Positions 18,331 to 27,401 are shown, counted from the first letter of the stretch. The stretch: 41,785 nt of DNA from a bacterium (GCA_963661445.1 CAVLCG010000002.1:5719-47503), one strand, 5' to 3'. Notes: generated by a model from the sequence alone, not told the origin. Numbers and translations are program-made.

Positions 18331-19326
18331 ATGAATATATTTTATACATTAAATGATAAATTTGTGCCTCAAGTATCAGCAGGAATTTGTTCTGTATGTG
18401 AAAACAATAAAGATTTTGATGAGATTATTTTTTATTTGATTTCTATGGGAATTACTAAAACTAATCAAAATAAATTAAAAAAGATGGTAAGTAAGTACAA
18501 AAGAAATATAGAAATAATAGAACTAGGAGATTTAAAACAATACTTTGATTTTGAATTTGACACTAATGGTTGGAATCCAATTGTTTTATCAAGACTGCTT
18601 GTAGATAAAATTTTACCAAAAAAAGTTAATAAAGTTCTGTATTTGGATGGAGATACAATAGTAAGGGGAAACCTAAAAGATTTATGGTATGATGATATGG
18701 ACAATAAAGTAATAGGAGCGAGTATTGAGCCAACTGTTGATAAAAAGAGAAAAGCTAATTTGGGACTTAGTAATTTCCATTATTATAATGCAGGTGTATT
18801 ACTGATTAATTTAGAAAAATGGAGAAAAGAGAAAACTGGTAAAAAAATAATAGAATTTTATAAAGATAATAAAGGTAATTTGTTTGCTAATGATCAAGAT
18901 GCAATAAATGGAGCCTTGAAAAATCAAATATATACACTCTTACCCAAATATAATTTTTATAATATCTTTTATCAGTATCCTTATTCTTTTCTAAAGAAAC
19001 TTGAGTTGCCAGCTAATTATATAAATAAAGAAGATTTTAATGAATGTGTTAAAGAACCAGTAATTATTCATTATTTAGGAGAGGAACGACCATGGAGAAA
19101 ATATAATACTCATAAGTATAAGGCAGATTATGAAAAATATCTTTCCATGACTCCTTTTAAAGATCAAAAGCAAGAAGAAGGGTGGCATCTATATTTCATT
19201 TGTTTTAGAATATTTAATGTAGTTACTAAGCCTTTTCCAAGAATTAGATATAATATTATAAATTCTTTAATTCCTATCTTTATGAATATTAGATCTAGAA
19301 AATTAAAAAAGGATGGTGAGAAATAA
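18331..19326 (+). CDS. Glycosyltransferase family 8 (retaining galactosyl/glucosyltransferase-like)
   Basis: VLYLDGDTIV (DxD), YYNAGVLLINLEKWR, NDQDAING and HYLGEERPW are classic GT8 blocks. Confidence 0.85.
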   Translation: MNIFYTLNDKFVPQVSAGICSVCENNKDFDEIIFYLISMGITKTNQNKLKKMVSKYKRNIEIIELGDLKQYFDFEFDTNGWNPIVLSRLLVDKILPKKVNKVLYLDGDTIVRGNLKDLWYDDMDNKVIGASIEPTVDKKRKANLGLSNFHYYNAGVLLINLEKWRKEKTGKKIIEFYKDNKGNLFANDQDAINGALKNQIYTLLPKYNFYNIFYQYPYSFLKKLELPANYINKEDFNECVKEPVIIHYLGEERPWRKYNTHKYKADYEKYLSMTPFKDQKQEEGWHLYFICFRIFNVVTKPFPRIRYNIINSLIPIFMNIRSRKLKKDGEK

Positions 19327-20126
19327 TGAATTCATTACATACATTTGTGGTATTAGCTTATAAAGAGTCTGAATATCTAGAAACTTGTATTAAATCAGTC
19401 CTTAATCAGAAATACAAAAGTATGGTTGTTATAGCAACCTCTACTCCTAATAACTATATAAAAAGGTTAGCTAACAAATATAAATTGGAGATTATGATAA
19501 ATACGGGTGTAAAAGGAATTGGAGCAGATTTTGATTTTGCTTTATCTTGTGCTAAAACAGAATTAGTAACTATTGCCCATCAAGATGATTATTATGATAA
19601 TAATTATTCTGATGAAATGGTTAAGGCTTATAAAAAAAATGTAAATAGAAAACCATTAATTATTTTCCCAGATTATTATGAAATAAGAAATGGTCAAAAA
19701 GTCAGTAGGAATTTAAATTTGGTTATAAAAAGGATTCTATTGTTTCCAATAAGATATCAAAACCTCGGTAAATATAAGTTTTTTAAAAGAATTGTACTAA
19801 GATTTGGTAACTCTATATCATGTCCTTCAGTTTGTTTTGTTACAAAAGAGATAAAATTTCCTGTTTTTTCATCTAAATATAAATGCAATGTAGACTGGAA
19901 TGCTTGGGAAAAAATATCAAAATATGATGGGAGCTTTATATTCATAAATAAAAAATTAATGGGACATAGAGTACATGAAGCTTCTACCACTACAGAAATT
20001 ATTAATGATAATAACAGGTCTAGTGAGGACTTAGAAATATATAGTAGGTTTTGGCCTGGGGTTATAGCAAGAATATTTACTAAGATTTATAAAAATAGTG
20101 AAAAATCTAATAAGGTAAAGGAGTAG
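19326..20126 (+). CDS. Glycosyltransferase family 2-like (GT-A)
   Basis: FVVLAYKESEYLETCIKSVLNQ and IAHQDDYY resemble GT2 N-terminal and acidic motifs. TAATG overlap with the upstream gene. Confidence 0.65.
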   Translation: MNSLHTFVVLAYKESEYLETCIKSVLNQKYKSMVVIATSTPNNYIKRLANKYKLEIMINTGVKGIGADFDFALSCAKTELVTIAHQDDYYDNNYSDEMVKAYKKNVNRKPLIIFPDYYEIRNGQKVSRNLNLVIKRILLFPIRYQNLGKYKFFKRIVLRFGNSISCPSVCFVTKEIKFPVFSSKYKCNVDWNAWEKISKYDGSFIFINKKLMGHRVHEASTTTEIINDNNRSSEDLEIYSRFWPGVIARIFTKIYKNSEKSNKVKE

Positions 20127-20129
20127 AAT

Positions 20130-20891
20130 ATGGCTAGAGAAAAAAGTATAAAAATATATATAGCAGCTCATAAAGAATTTGATTTTCCTTATTCTTCTAT
20201 TTATATTCCTATTCAAGTTGGGGCGGAAAATAATAACGATCTTGGTTATTTAAAGGATAATACAAAAGATAATATTTCACTTAAAAATCCTAATTATTGT
20301 GAACTTACAGCTTTATATTGGATATGGAAGAATAGTGATTCTAAAATAGTTGGGTTAGTTCATTATAGAAGATTCTTTTATGATAATGTCTTTAAACCAA
20401 GAAAGAATATAATGACAAAAGAACAGATATTAAAAGCATTAGAAAAAAATGATATAATTGTTGCTAAAAGAGGTTATACTTGGAACAGCACAGTAAGAAA
20501 GCAGTATGAAAAATATCATTATAAGACTGATATTGACGAATGCTTTAAAATAATCAAAGAGGATTACAAGGAATATGTCAACTCCTTTAATAGAGTTTTT
20601 GATGGTAATTCCTATTGTCCTTTAAATATGATAATAACAAGAAAGAAAATATTTGATGAGTACTGTACTTGGTTATTTTCCATTATGTTTAAACTTGAAA
20701 AAAGAATATCAGTAAGTGATAGAGATAAGTATAATCAGAGGGTATATGGGTTCTTATCAGAAAGGTTATTTAATGTTTGGTTAGATTATAATAAACAATA
20801 TAAGTATATTGAAAAACCAGTATTTAATAACGAAGCTAGTTTTTTTAAACAAAAAGTTGAATATTTAATAAAGAAAGTGATTAGAAAATGA
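20130..20891 (+). CDS. DUF4422 domain protein (putative galactofuranosyltransferase)
   Basis: KIYIAAHKEFDFP, IPIQVGA, NPNYCELTALYWIWKN and VGLVHYRRFF match the DUF4422 pattern. ATGA overlap with glf downstream. Confidence 0.72.
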   Translation: MAREKSIKIYIAAHKEFDFPYSSIYIPIQVGAENNNDLGYLKDNTKDNISLKNPNYCELTALYWIWKNSDSKIVGLVHYRRFFYDNVFKPRKNIMTKEQILKALEKNDIIVAKRGYTWNSTVRKQYEKYHYKTDIDECFKIIKEDYKEYVNSFNRVFDGNSYCPLNMIITRKKIFDEYCTWLFSIMFKLEKRISVSDRDKYNQRVYGFLSERLFNVWLDYNKQYKYIEKPVFNNEASFFKQKVEYLIKKVIRK

Positions 20892-21997
20892 AAAAGTATG
20901 ATTATTTAGTAGTTGGTGCTGGACTGTTTGGTTCTACTGTTGCTAATAAACTGAATTCTATGGGGAAAAAAGTTTTAATTATTGAAAAACGAAACCATAT
21001 AGCTGGAAATATATATACTGAAGAAATAGAAGGGATAAATGTTCATAAGTATGGTGCACATATTTTTCATACTGACTATAAAGATGTATGGGATTATGTT
21101 AATTCATTTAGCGAATTTAATCGTTATACAAATACACCAATAGCAAGGATTGGTAATGAGGTTTATAATATGCCATTTAATATGAATACATTTTCAAAAA
21201 TATGGAATGATGTTTTCACTCCCAATGATGCCATTAGACATATTAATGAAGAAAGAAAAGAAATAAATGGAGAACCTCAAAACCTAGAAGAACAAGCTAT
21301 TTCCTTAGTTGGTAGGACAATATATGAAAAATTAGTTAAAGGTTATACAGAAAAACAGTGGAATAGAAATTGCAAAGATTTACCAGCATTTATTATAAAA
21401 AGGTTACCAGTAAGATTAACATATAATAATAATTATTTTAATGATAGGTATCAAGGTATCCCAATTGGAGGATATACAAAAATGGTACAAAGAATGATTG
21501 AAAAAATAGATATAGAGTTAAACACTGATTATTTAACCAATAAAGACAAGTTTGATAAAATGGCAGATAAAGTGATTTATACTGGACCGCTTGATGAATA
21601 CTTTAATTATTCTTTGGGAAAATTAGAATGGAGAAGTTTAAAATTTGTTACCCAAGTTTTAAATGAAGAAAATCATCAAGGAAATGCAGTTGTTAATTAT
21701 ACAGGACATGAAGTACCTTATACTAGAGTGATAGAACATAAACACTTTGAAGATATTAAGAGTAAAAAAACAGTAATTACTTATGAATATCCCATGGATT
21801 ATCAAAAAGGAATGGAAAAATATTATACTGTAAACGATTCCAAAAATAATGAATTAAGAGATAAATATTTAGAATTGGCTTTAAAAGAAAATAATGTATT
21901 TTTTGGTGGACGACTTGCTGAATATAAATACTACGATATGGATGATGTCATTAAAAGTGCATTTGATTTTGTAGAAAAGGAAATAAAAAATAATTAA
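20888..21997 (+). CDS. glf: UDP-galactopyranose mutase
   Basis: 369 aa. FAD-binding YDYLVVGAGLFGSTVA, YGAHIFHT, YTEKQW and GRLAEYKYYDMD are Glf hallmarks. Confidence 0.92.
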   Translation: MKKYDYLVVGAGLFGSTVANKLNSMGKKVLIIEKRNHIAGNIYTEEIEGINVHKYGAHIFHTDYKDVWDYVNSFSEFNRYTNTPIARIGNEVYNMPFNMNTFSKIWNDVFTPNDAIRHINEERKEINGEPQNLEEQAISLVGRTIYEKLVKGYTEKQWNRNCKDLPAFIIKRLPVRLTYNNNYFNDRYQGIPIGGYTKMVQRMIEKIDIELNTDYLTNKDKFDKMADKVIYTGPLDEYFNYSLGKLEWRSLKFVTQVLNEENHQGNAVVNYTGHEVPYTRVIEHKHFEDIKSKKTVITYEYPMDYQKGMEKYYTVNDSKNNELRDKYLELALKENNVFFGGRLAEYKYYDMDDVIKSAFDFVEKEIKNN

Positions 21998-22046
21998 AGA
22001 AAAATATTGATTTTAGTTTTAATTTCAAATTTTTCTTTTTTTTTTT
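21997..22046 (+). terminator. AT-rich hairpin plus T11 tract after glf (putative intrinsic terminator and operon boundary)
   Basis: aagaaaaat (21997-22005) pairs with atttttctt (22029-22037), followed by a run of T to 22046. The stem is nearly all A-T, so its stability is uncertain. Confidence 0.4.
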
Positions 22047-22109
22047 CATAATTATTGTTATACTTTATTTAGAATATAGAGGGGCATATGTATATTGATG
22101 GGGGTTAAT

Positions 22110-23243
22110 ATGAAAAAAGGTAGTAGGCAATCAAATTATGAATTAATGCGTATCATTTCTATGATGATGATTGTAATATGGCATGTGTTTTTATATGGCT
22201 CAAATATTGATAGTGCACCTGATAATATCAAAATGATTTATGACCTTATTAGATCTATATTAGTAGTTCATGTAAACTCGTTTGTTATTTTGTCAGGATA
22301 TTTTCAATGTAAATCAAAATTTAAAATGTCTAAGTTACTATCTTTAATTAATTCAGTGGCATTTTATAAGATCTTTATATTGACTTTAGTTTTTATTTTT
22401 GGTTTTTCTAGTGTTTCTAAAGTTAGTATAATAAGAAATGTGTTCCCATTAGACCTGGAAAGTTACTGGTTTATAAGAGTTTATTTAATTCTTTATATAA
22501 TAAGTCCGTTTCTAAATAAATTTATTGCTACTTTATCAAAGCATGAATATCGAAAATTATTGATTGTATTATTTACTTTATTCTCAGTAATTTCTACCTT
22601 TACTAATCAAGAAGCACTATCTAACACAGTAAACTATGGTTACTCACTTGTTAGTTTTGTATTTTTGTATTTACTTGGTGCTTATTTTAGAATCTATCCA
22701 TTTAGTGATACTTATTTTGGGAAAAGATTTTCTAAAAATGCTCAACAACTAATGTTCATCTTTATCTTTTTTGCTCTTGCATTTATAAACTTTTCTACTC
22801 ATGTAGTATTTACAAAACTATTGAGTGGTGGAGAAATTGCAAGCTATATAGGAAGAACTTACTCTGTTGCCTTTAATCAGTATGATAATCCTCTTGTAGT
22901 ACTACAGTCTTTAAGCTATTTTATGATATTTGGCTATTTAAATCTGAAAAGTAGGTTAATAAATGTTATTTCTAGTACTACTTTTGGTATATATCTAATT
23001 CATGAAAATATTTTCTTAAGATATAATATGTATAGAATATTTAAATTTCCAGCTGTTGCAGTATCAAAAATGGTTTTTGTGAGAGTATTTCTAGTTACTA
23101 TTATTATTTTTACTATATGTTTTATTATTGATTTTATAAGACAAAAACTGTTTAAAAAAATATACGATTTAAAACTATCTAAAAGATTTAGAAATAGATT
23201 TTGTTTATATGTTGACAGCTTAGGCATTAAAATTAATTGGTGA
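22110..23243 (+). CDS. Acyltransferase family 3 membrane protein (polysaccharide O-acyl/acetyltransferase)
   Basis: The ORF track starts at 22095. The ATG at 22110 follows GGGGG. RQSNYELMRIISMMMIVIWHV and about 10 TM segments are typical of acyltransferase_3. Confidence 0.8.
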   Translation: MKKGSRQSNYELMRIISMMMIVIWHVFLYGSNIDSAPDNIKMIYDLIRSILVVHVNSFVILSGYFQCKSKFKMSKLLSLINSVAFYKIFILTLVFIFGFSSVSKVSIIRNVFPLDLESYWFIRVYLILYIISPFLNKFIATLSKHEYRKLLIVLFTLFSVISTFTNQEALSNTVNYGYSLVSFVFLYLLGAYFRIYPFSDTYFGKRFSKNAQQLMFIFIFFALAFINFSTHVVFTKLLSGGEIASYIGRTYSVAFNQYDNPLVVLQSLSYFMIFGYLNLKSRLINVISSTTFGIYLIHENIFLRYNMYRIFKFPAVAVSKMVFVRVFLVTIIIFTICFIIDFIRQKLFKKIYDLKLSKRFRNRFCLYVDSLGIKINW

Positions 23244-23293
23244 AGAGTTTACTTTTCAAATTATTTGATATAAACTATACGAAGGGTGATTTT

Positions 23294-24220
23294 ATGAAAA
23301 AGATTGCAGTTTTGATTCCTTGCTATAATGAATCAAAAACTATTAGAAAAGTAGTAGAAGATTATAAGAAAGCCTTACCAGAAGCAGATATTTATGTTTA
23401 TGATAATAATTCAAGTGATCATACTGATGAGATAGCAAGAAAAGCGGGAGCAATAGTAAAATATGAATATCGTCAAGGAAAAGGTAATGTTATTAGAAGT
23501 ATGTTTAAAGATATAGAAGCTGATTGTTATCTAATGATTGATGGAGATGATACATATCCTGCTGAAAATGCTAAAGAAATGTGTGATTTAATTCTCGATA
23601 AGAAAGCTGATATGGTAATTGGAGATAGATTATCGTCAACATATTTTACAGAGAATAAAAGACCATTCCATAACTTTGGTAATAGATTAGTAAGAGGACT
23701 AATTAACTTCCTATTTGAAAGCAATGTTCGTGATATTATGACTGGGTATCGTGCTTTTAGTTATGAATTTGTAAAGACTTTTCCAGTTTTATCTAAAGGA
23801 TTTGAAATAGAAACAGAGATGACTATTCATGCTCTTGATAAAAACTTTTTATTAAAAGAAGTAAAAGTAGGGTATAGAGATAGACCAGCTGGAAGTGTAT
23901 CAAAACTTAATACTTATCGTGATGGCTTTAGAGTTTTAAAGACTATTGGCAGATTATTTAAAGAATATAAACCAACTATTTTCTTTAGTTTATTAAGTTT
24001 ATTATTCTTAATTATTTCCTTTGCCTTTGGAATACCAGTTTTCGCTGAATACTTTAAAACAGGATTAGTACCAAGATATCCAACCTTGATATTTTCAGGC
24101 TTTATGTTAATGATTGCTATTATTTTGTTTGCTTGTGGACTTATCTTAGAGGTAGTAGTTAAGAAGCATCGTCAGTTATTTGAATTAATGTTAATAAATA
24201 CTAAACGTGGTGATGAATAA
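23294..24220 (+). CDS. GtrB/CsbB-like GT2 polyprenyl-phosphate glycosyltransferase with two C-terminal TM helices
   Basis: The ORF track starts at GTG 23237. The ATG at 23294 gives MKKIAVLIPCYNESKTI. VYDNNSSDHT, MIDGDDTY and MTGYRAF are present. C-terminal hydrophobic segments are FFSLLSLLFLIISFAF and LIFSGFMLMIAIILFACGLIL. Confidence 0.85.
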   Translation: MKKIAVLIPCYNESKTIRKVVEDYKKALPEADIYVYDNNSSDHTDEIARKAGAIVKYEYRQGKGNVIRSMFKDIEADCYLMIDGDDTYPAENAKEMCDLILDKKADMVIGDRLSSTYFTENKRPFHNFGNRLVRGLINFLFESNVRDIMTGYRAFSYEFVKTFPVLSKGFEIETEMTIHALDKNFLLKEVKVGYRDRPAGSVSKLNTYRDGFRVLKTIGRLFKEYKPTIFFSLLSLLFLIISFAFGIPVFAEYFKTGLVPRYPTLIFSGFMLMIAIILFACGLILEVVVKKHRQLFELMLINTKRGDE

Positions 24221-25719
24221 TGTTATTCTTAGATAAAATTAAAAGAAATTATCTATATATTATAGAAATATTAGTGTTTATTTTCTTTTTTTGTTATTTA
24301 ACATTTTATACTAATTCTTCTAAATTTGGTCATTTTAAACTTAACAGGTTAACTATTATTATCTATATAATTGGTTTATTAAGTATAATTGCTTTTTCCT
24401 TTATATTTTCTAAATTTAAGAGATTAAAAGTAGAAAAGAAATTCTTAATTATTATGCCAGTTTTGGGAGTCCTTTATTTAATAGCATTTCCCTTTAATAC
24501 AATACCAGATGAAGCGAATCATGCTAGTAGGGCTTATGAAATAAGTAATGGTCATTTAACAAGTCATATTTATAAAGATGTGATTGGTAATAAATTAGAT
24601 TCTAGTCTTTATAATGTTGCTAGCAATGATACTTATTCAAATCTTGTTAATAATCTTAAATATAAAATGACTAATAAAAAAGTTAAGTATTCTTTTGCTA
24701 ATACCTCGCTTTATTCACCAGTATCTTACCTACCACAGGTGCTTGGTATTACTATTAGTAAAATATTTACTAAACATATATTAGTACAACTATATTTTGG
24801 GAGAATATTTAATTTCCTAGCTTTCTTGACCTTAATGTATTTTGCTATTAAATTGATTCCTTTTAAAAAAGAAATTATCCTTTTGATTAGTGTAATACCT
24901 TTAGTTTTACAAGAAGCGGTATCTCTTGCTCCTGATGCCTTTACTATTTCTCTTGTTTGTTTCTTTGTATCTTATATTTTATATTTACGAGATAGTAGGG
25001 AAAAAATAACTTCCAAGAATATAGCAATAATATCAGTAACAAGTATAGTTTTATCACAGTTAAAAATAGTTTACTTACCTGTTTGTTTGTTAATGTTTTT
25101 ATTACCACTTGATAAATTTAAATCAAAGAAAAATAAGTATTTAACTTTAATAACTATCTTCTTAGTCTCAGCTTTATTTGGTATTCTTTGGTTAAAAATT
25201 TCATCACCATACTTAGAAGCACAAAGTGGTTCTGATAAACAGTTAGATTATATTTTAGCGAATGTATTTAGGTACCTAGGAGTATGTACTTCAACATTTA
25301 TTACTTTTTCAAGAGATTGGTTATATGAAATGTTTGGAAGAAGTTTAGGCTCATTTACTATTGCTATTCCCTCATTCTTAATCTTTTTGAATATAATATT
25401 CTTTATTTTGATAAGTTTGACATCTAAAGATAAAAAAGAAAATATTAAAGAGTGGGAAAAATGGTTGATAGCTTTTGTTATTCTTGCAGTTGTTGCTCTT
25501 ATTTTTACTAGCTTATATTTACAGTGGACACCTTATAAATCAGACTTAATAAAAGGAATTCAAGGAAGATATTTTATTCCATTACTACTATTAATATCTT
25601 TAGTTTTAGCTAATAAAAGAATAGTGTTTAATGGAAAAAGTAATAGTAAGTATTTAGAATCATTTTTGATTTTTGAAAATATTTGTGCTATTTCAATAAT
25701 AATTATTTATTTTATGTAG
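24220..25719 (+). CDS. DUF2142 polytopic membrane protein (putative GT-C-like glycosyltransferase), copy 2
   Basis: 499 aa. FNTIPDEANHASRAYE and GIQGRYFIPLLLL are the same two motifs as in the copy at 14628. TAATG overlap with the GtrB-like gene. Confidence 0.72.
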   Translation: MLFLDKIKRNYLYIIEILVFIFFFCYLTFYTNSSKFGHFKLNRLTIIIYIIGLLSIIAFSFIFSKFKRLKVEKKFLIIMPVLGVLYLIAFPFNTIPDEANHASRAYEISNGHLTSHIYKDVIGNKLDSSLYNVASNDTYSNLVNNLKYKMTNKKVKYSFANTSLYSPVSYLPQVLGITISKIFTKHILVQLYFGRIFNFLAFLTLMYFAIKLIPFKKEIILLISVIPLVLQEAVSLAPDAFTISLVCFFVSYILYLRDSREKITSKNIAIISVTSIVLSQLKIVYLPVCLLMFLLPLDKFKSKKNKYLTLITIFLVSALFGILWLKISSPYLEAQSGSDKQLDYILANVFRYLGVCTSTFITFSRDWLYEMFGRSLGSFTIAIPSFLIFLNIIFFILISLTSKDKKENIKEWEKWLIAFVILAVVALIFTSLYLQWTPYKSDLIKGIQGRYFIPLLLLISLVLANKRIVFNGKSNSKYLESFLIFENICAISIIIIYFM

Positions 25720-25729
25720 GAGGATGTAA

Positions 25730-26182
25730 ATGAAGAAAGATAAATCGGCTTTATTTGTTAAGAAGTGTTTAAAATTATTTCATATAAAAGTGAGTAGTAA
25801 GACAGAAAAATTGTTAATTCAAATATTTAAATTTGGCATAGTAGGGGGAATTGCTTTTATAATTGATTATGTTTCCTTAATAATCTGTAAAGAAGTATTT
25901 CATCTTAATACCTTACTATCTGCTGCTATTGCTTTTACAATATCTGTTATATATAACTATATAGCAAGTGTTAAATGGGTATTTGATGTTAATAAAGAAA
26001 AAAGTGAAAAGACTAATTTTATTATCTTTATTATTCTTAGTATTGTAGGACTAATAATTACAGAAATAATTATGTGGTTAGGATCAGATATTATGGGTAT
26101 TAGTTATTTAATTGTTAAAATAGTAGCGACTGCTATTGTAATGGTATTTAACTTTATTACTAGAAAGATGTTTTTAGAGTAG
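25730..26182 (+). CDS. GtrA-family membrane protein (putative polyprenyl-phosphate-sugar flippase)
   Basis: 150 aa with 4 TM segments. FKFGIVGGIAFIIDYVSL and the C-terminal NFITRKMF are typical of GtrA. AGGAGG RBS. Confidence 0.85.
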   Translation: MKKDKSALFVKKCLKLFHIKVSSKTEKLLIQIFKFGIVGGIAFIIDYVSLIICKEVFHLNTLLSAAIAFTISVIYNYIASVKWVFDVNKEKSEKTNFIIFIILSIVGLIITEIIMWLGSDIMGISYLIVKIVATAIVMVFNFITRKMFLE

Positions 26183-26196
26183 ACATCTTTTTCTTT
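26162..26196 (+). terminator. Possible terminator hairpin for the + strand operon (overlaps the gtrA-like stop codon)
   Basis: aagatgt (26165-26171) pairs with acatctt (26183-26189) and extends by A-T/G-U pairs. T-rich sequence follows. Weak. Confidence 0.3.
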
Positions 26197-26206
26197 GCAT
26201 ACAAAA

Positions 26207-26231
26207 AAGAAGGAGTAGTAATTTCCTTCTT
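26207..26231 (-). terminator. Hairpin terminator for the convergent minus-strand gene
   Basis: aagaagga (26207-26214) pairs with tccttctt (26224-26231) around a 9-nt loop. On the minus strand a T-rich tract follows (complement of acaaaaaa at 26201-26208). Confidence 0.45.
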
Positions 26232-26982
26232 AGAATTCTTTGTTAGTAAATAACTCACCTAAGTCATAGAAACTGCCATCTTTAGTAGCCGCAATAGTTG
26301 TTATATAACCTGGGGCATTAGCAATGTATAGATTAATTACATCTTTAGCAGTAGGTAATACACCTTTGATAACAAAATTATCATTAGTATAGTTCATTTG
26401 TGAATAACCATTACCTTGGGTATCTTTCTTCCAAATAAACATTGGCATATAACTAACAGTAGAGTCTTCCATTAAAAAGAATAGAGTAATACCAGTAGCA
26501 TCTTGACCAACATCTCCAATGTAAGCTGATTTAACTTTACTAGTGAAACCAGTTACTTGATATGTCTGGACAGTACCAACGTAAGAAGTTGCTCCACTGA
26601 TTGGTCCAAAAGTAGCCCAGTCAATATTTAGAGTAACACTCATTTTATCTTGATTAACACTCATTGAAAGACCATATTTATTAGCTGGAGCTTCACTTTG
26701 ATTACTATAAGTATTAGTACTGTTATTTAGACATTTACTAAGATCAAGTGGCTTGATAGTATCTTCTTCTTTAGTAGTATTATCATCAGAATTAGTATTC
26801 TTATCTGTTTTTGTAGTAGTATCTTTCTTATTAGATTCAGTTTTTTCTTCCTTATTTGTAAAGATGATACCTTTATCACTTAAAATGTAAGTTGATAGAC
26901 CAATAATAACTAATACTAAGATAATAATAATGATAACTGGACCTTTACTCTTTTTCTCCTTAATAGTAACGTTTCCATCCAT
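26230..26982 (-). CDS. Hypothetical membrane-anchored extracytoplasmic protein (N-terminal TM anchor, T/K/D/N-rich linker, unknown ~160-aa globular domain)
   Basis: 250 aa. The TM segment is GPVIIIIILVLVIIGLSTYIL and the low-complexity linker is KEEKTESNKKDTTTKTDKNTNSDDNTTKEED. It has an AAAGGAGAA RBS and its own promoter. I recognise no domain. Confidence 0.6.
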   Translation of the reverse strand: MDGNVTIKEKKSKGPVIIIIILVLVIIGLSTYILSDKGIIFTNKEEKTESNKKDTTTKTDKNTNSDDNTTKEEDTIKPLDLSKCLNNSTNTYSNQSEAPANKYGLSMSVNQDKMSVTLNIDWATFGPISGATSYVGTVQTYQVTGFTSKVKSAYIGDVGQDATGITLFFLMEDSTVSYMPMFIWKKDTQGNGYSQMNYTNDNFVIKGVLPTAKDVINLYIANAPGYITTIAATKDGSFYDLGELFTNKEF

Positions 26983-27007
26983 CTTTTTGTTTCTCCTTTC
27001 TATAATA

Positions 27008-27036
27008 AGTATAGCATCTAGCTAAAAATCAGACAA
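27008..27036 (-). promoter_or_regulatory. Putative promoter for the minus-strand 250-aa gene
   Basis: On the minus strand: TTGTCT (complement of 27031-27036), a 17-nt spacer, then TATACT (complement of 27008-27013). Confidence 0.4.
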
Positions 27037-27107
27037 TTTAGAACTAACTAGTTCTTTTCTTTTTGAGTAAAAAAATGTATAATAAGAAACGAAAGGAATT
27101 GAGGAAG

Positions 27108-27401
27108 ATGGATAAGTTAACAAAAGAAGAAGTAGATCATATTGCACATTTAGCTCGTATTGGAATGAATGATAGTGAAAGAGAAACTTTTCAAGTAGAA
27201 TTAAAGAAACTATTGGATGAAGTTAATAAAATTGTTGATATAAAAGGTTATGATGATGAGTTGATGTTTACTCCTAGTTCTAATAAAGCTGAGTTAAGAG
27301 AAGATGTAGCAGGAGAAATGATAAGTGCTAAAGAAGCTTTAGCTAATGCTCCAGCTAAGAATGGAAATTTTGTGGAAGTGCCGGTGATGATTAATGAATA
27401 G
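27108..27401 (+). CDS. gatC: Asp/Glu-tRNA amidotransferase subunit C
   Basis: The ORF track starts at TTG 27063. The ATG at 27108 follows GAGGAAG and gives MDKLTKEEVDHIAHLARIGMNDSE.., a canonical GatC N-terminus of about 97 aa. It overlaps gatA. Confidence 0.9.
   Translation: MDKLTKEEVDHIAHLARIGMNDSERETFQVELKKLLDEVNKIVDIKGYDDELMFTPSSNKAELREDVAGEMISAKEALANAPAKNGNFVEVPVMINE

Noticed and set aside
19632-19639. Homopolymer tracts (A8 here, with other A7-A8 runs in several glycosyltransferase genes) as slipped-strand phase-variation switches.
   Set aside because: Runs of 7-8 A are frequent throughout this lysine-rich, AT-rich coding sequence and are not concentrated near 5' ends. Without population data there is no support for phase variation.
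27063-27084. A sigma-A promoter for gatC (TG immediately followed by TATAAT at 27076-27083).
   Set aside because: The -10 looks good, but I could not find an acceptable -35 at 16-18 nt (only TTTTCT). It is left unannotated rather than reported as a supported feature.
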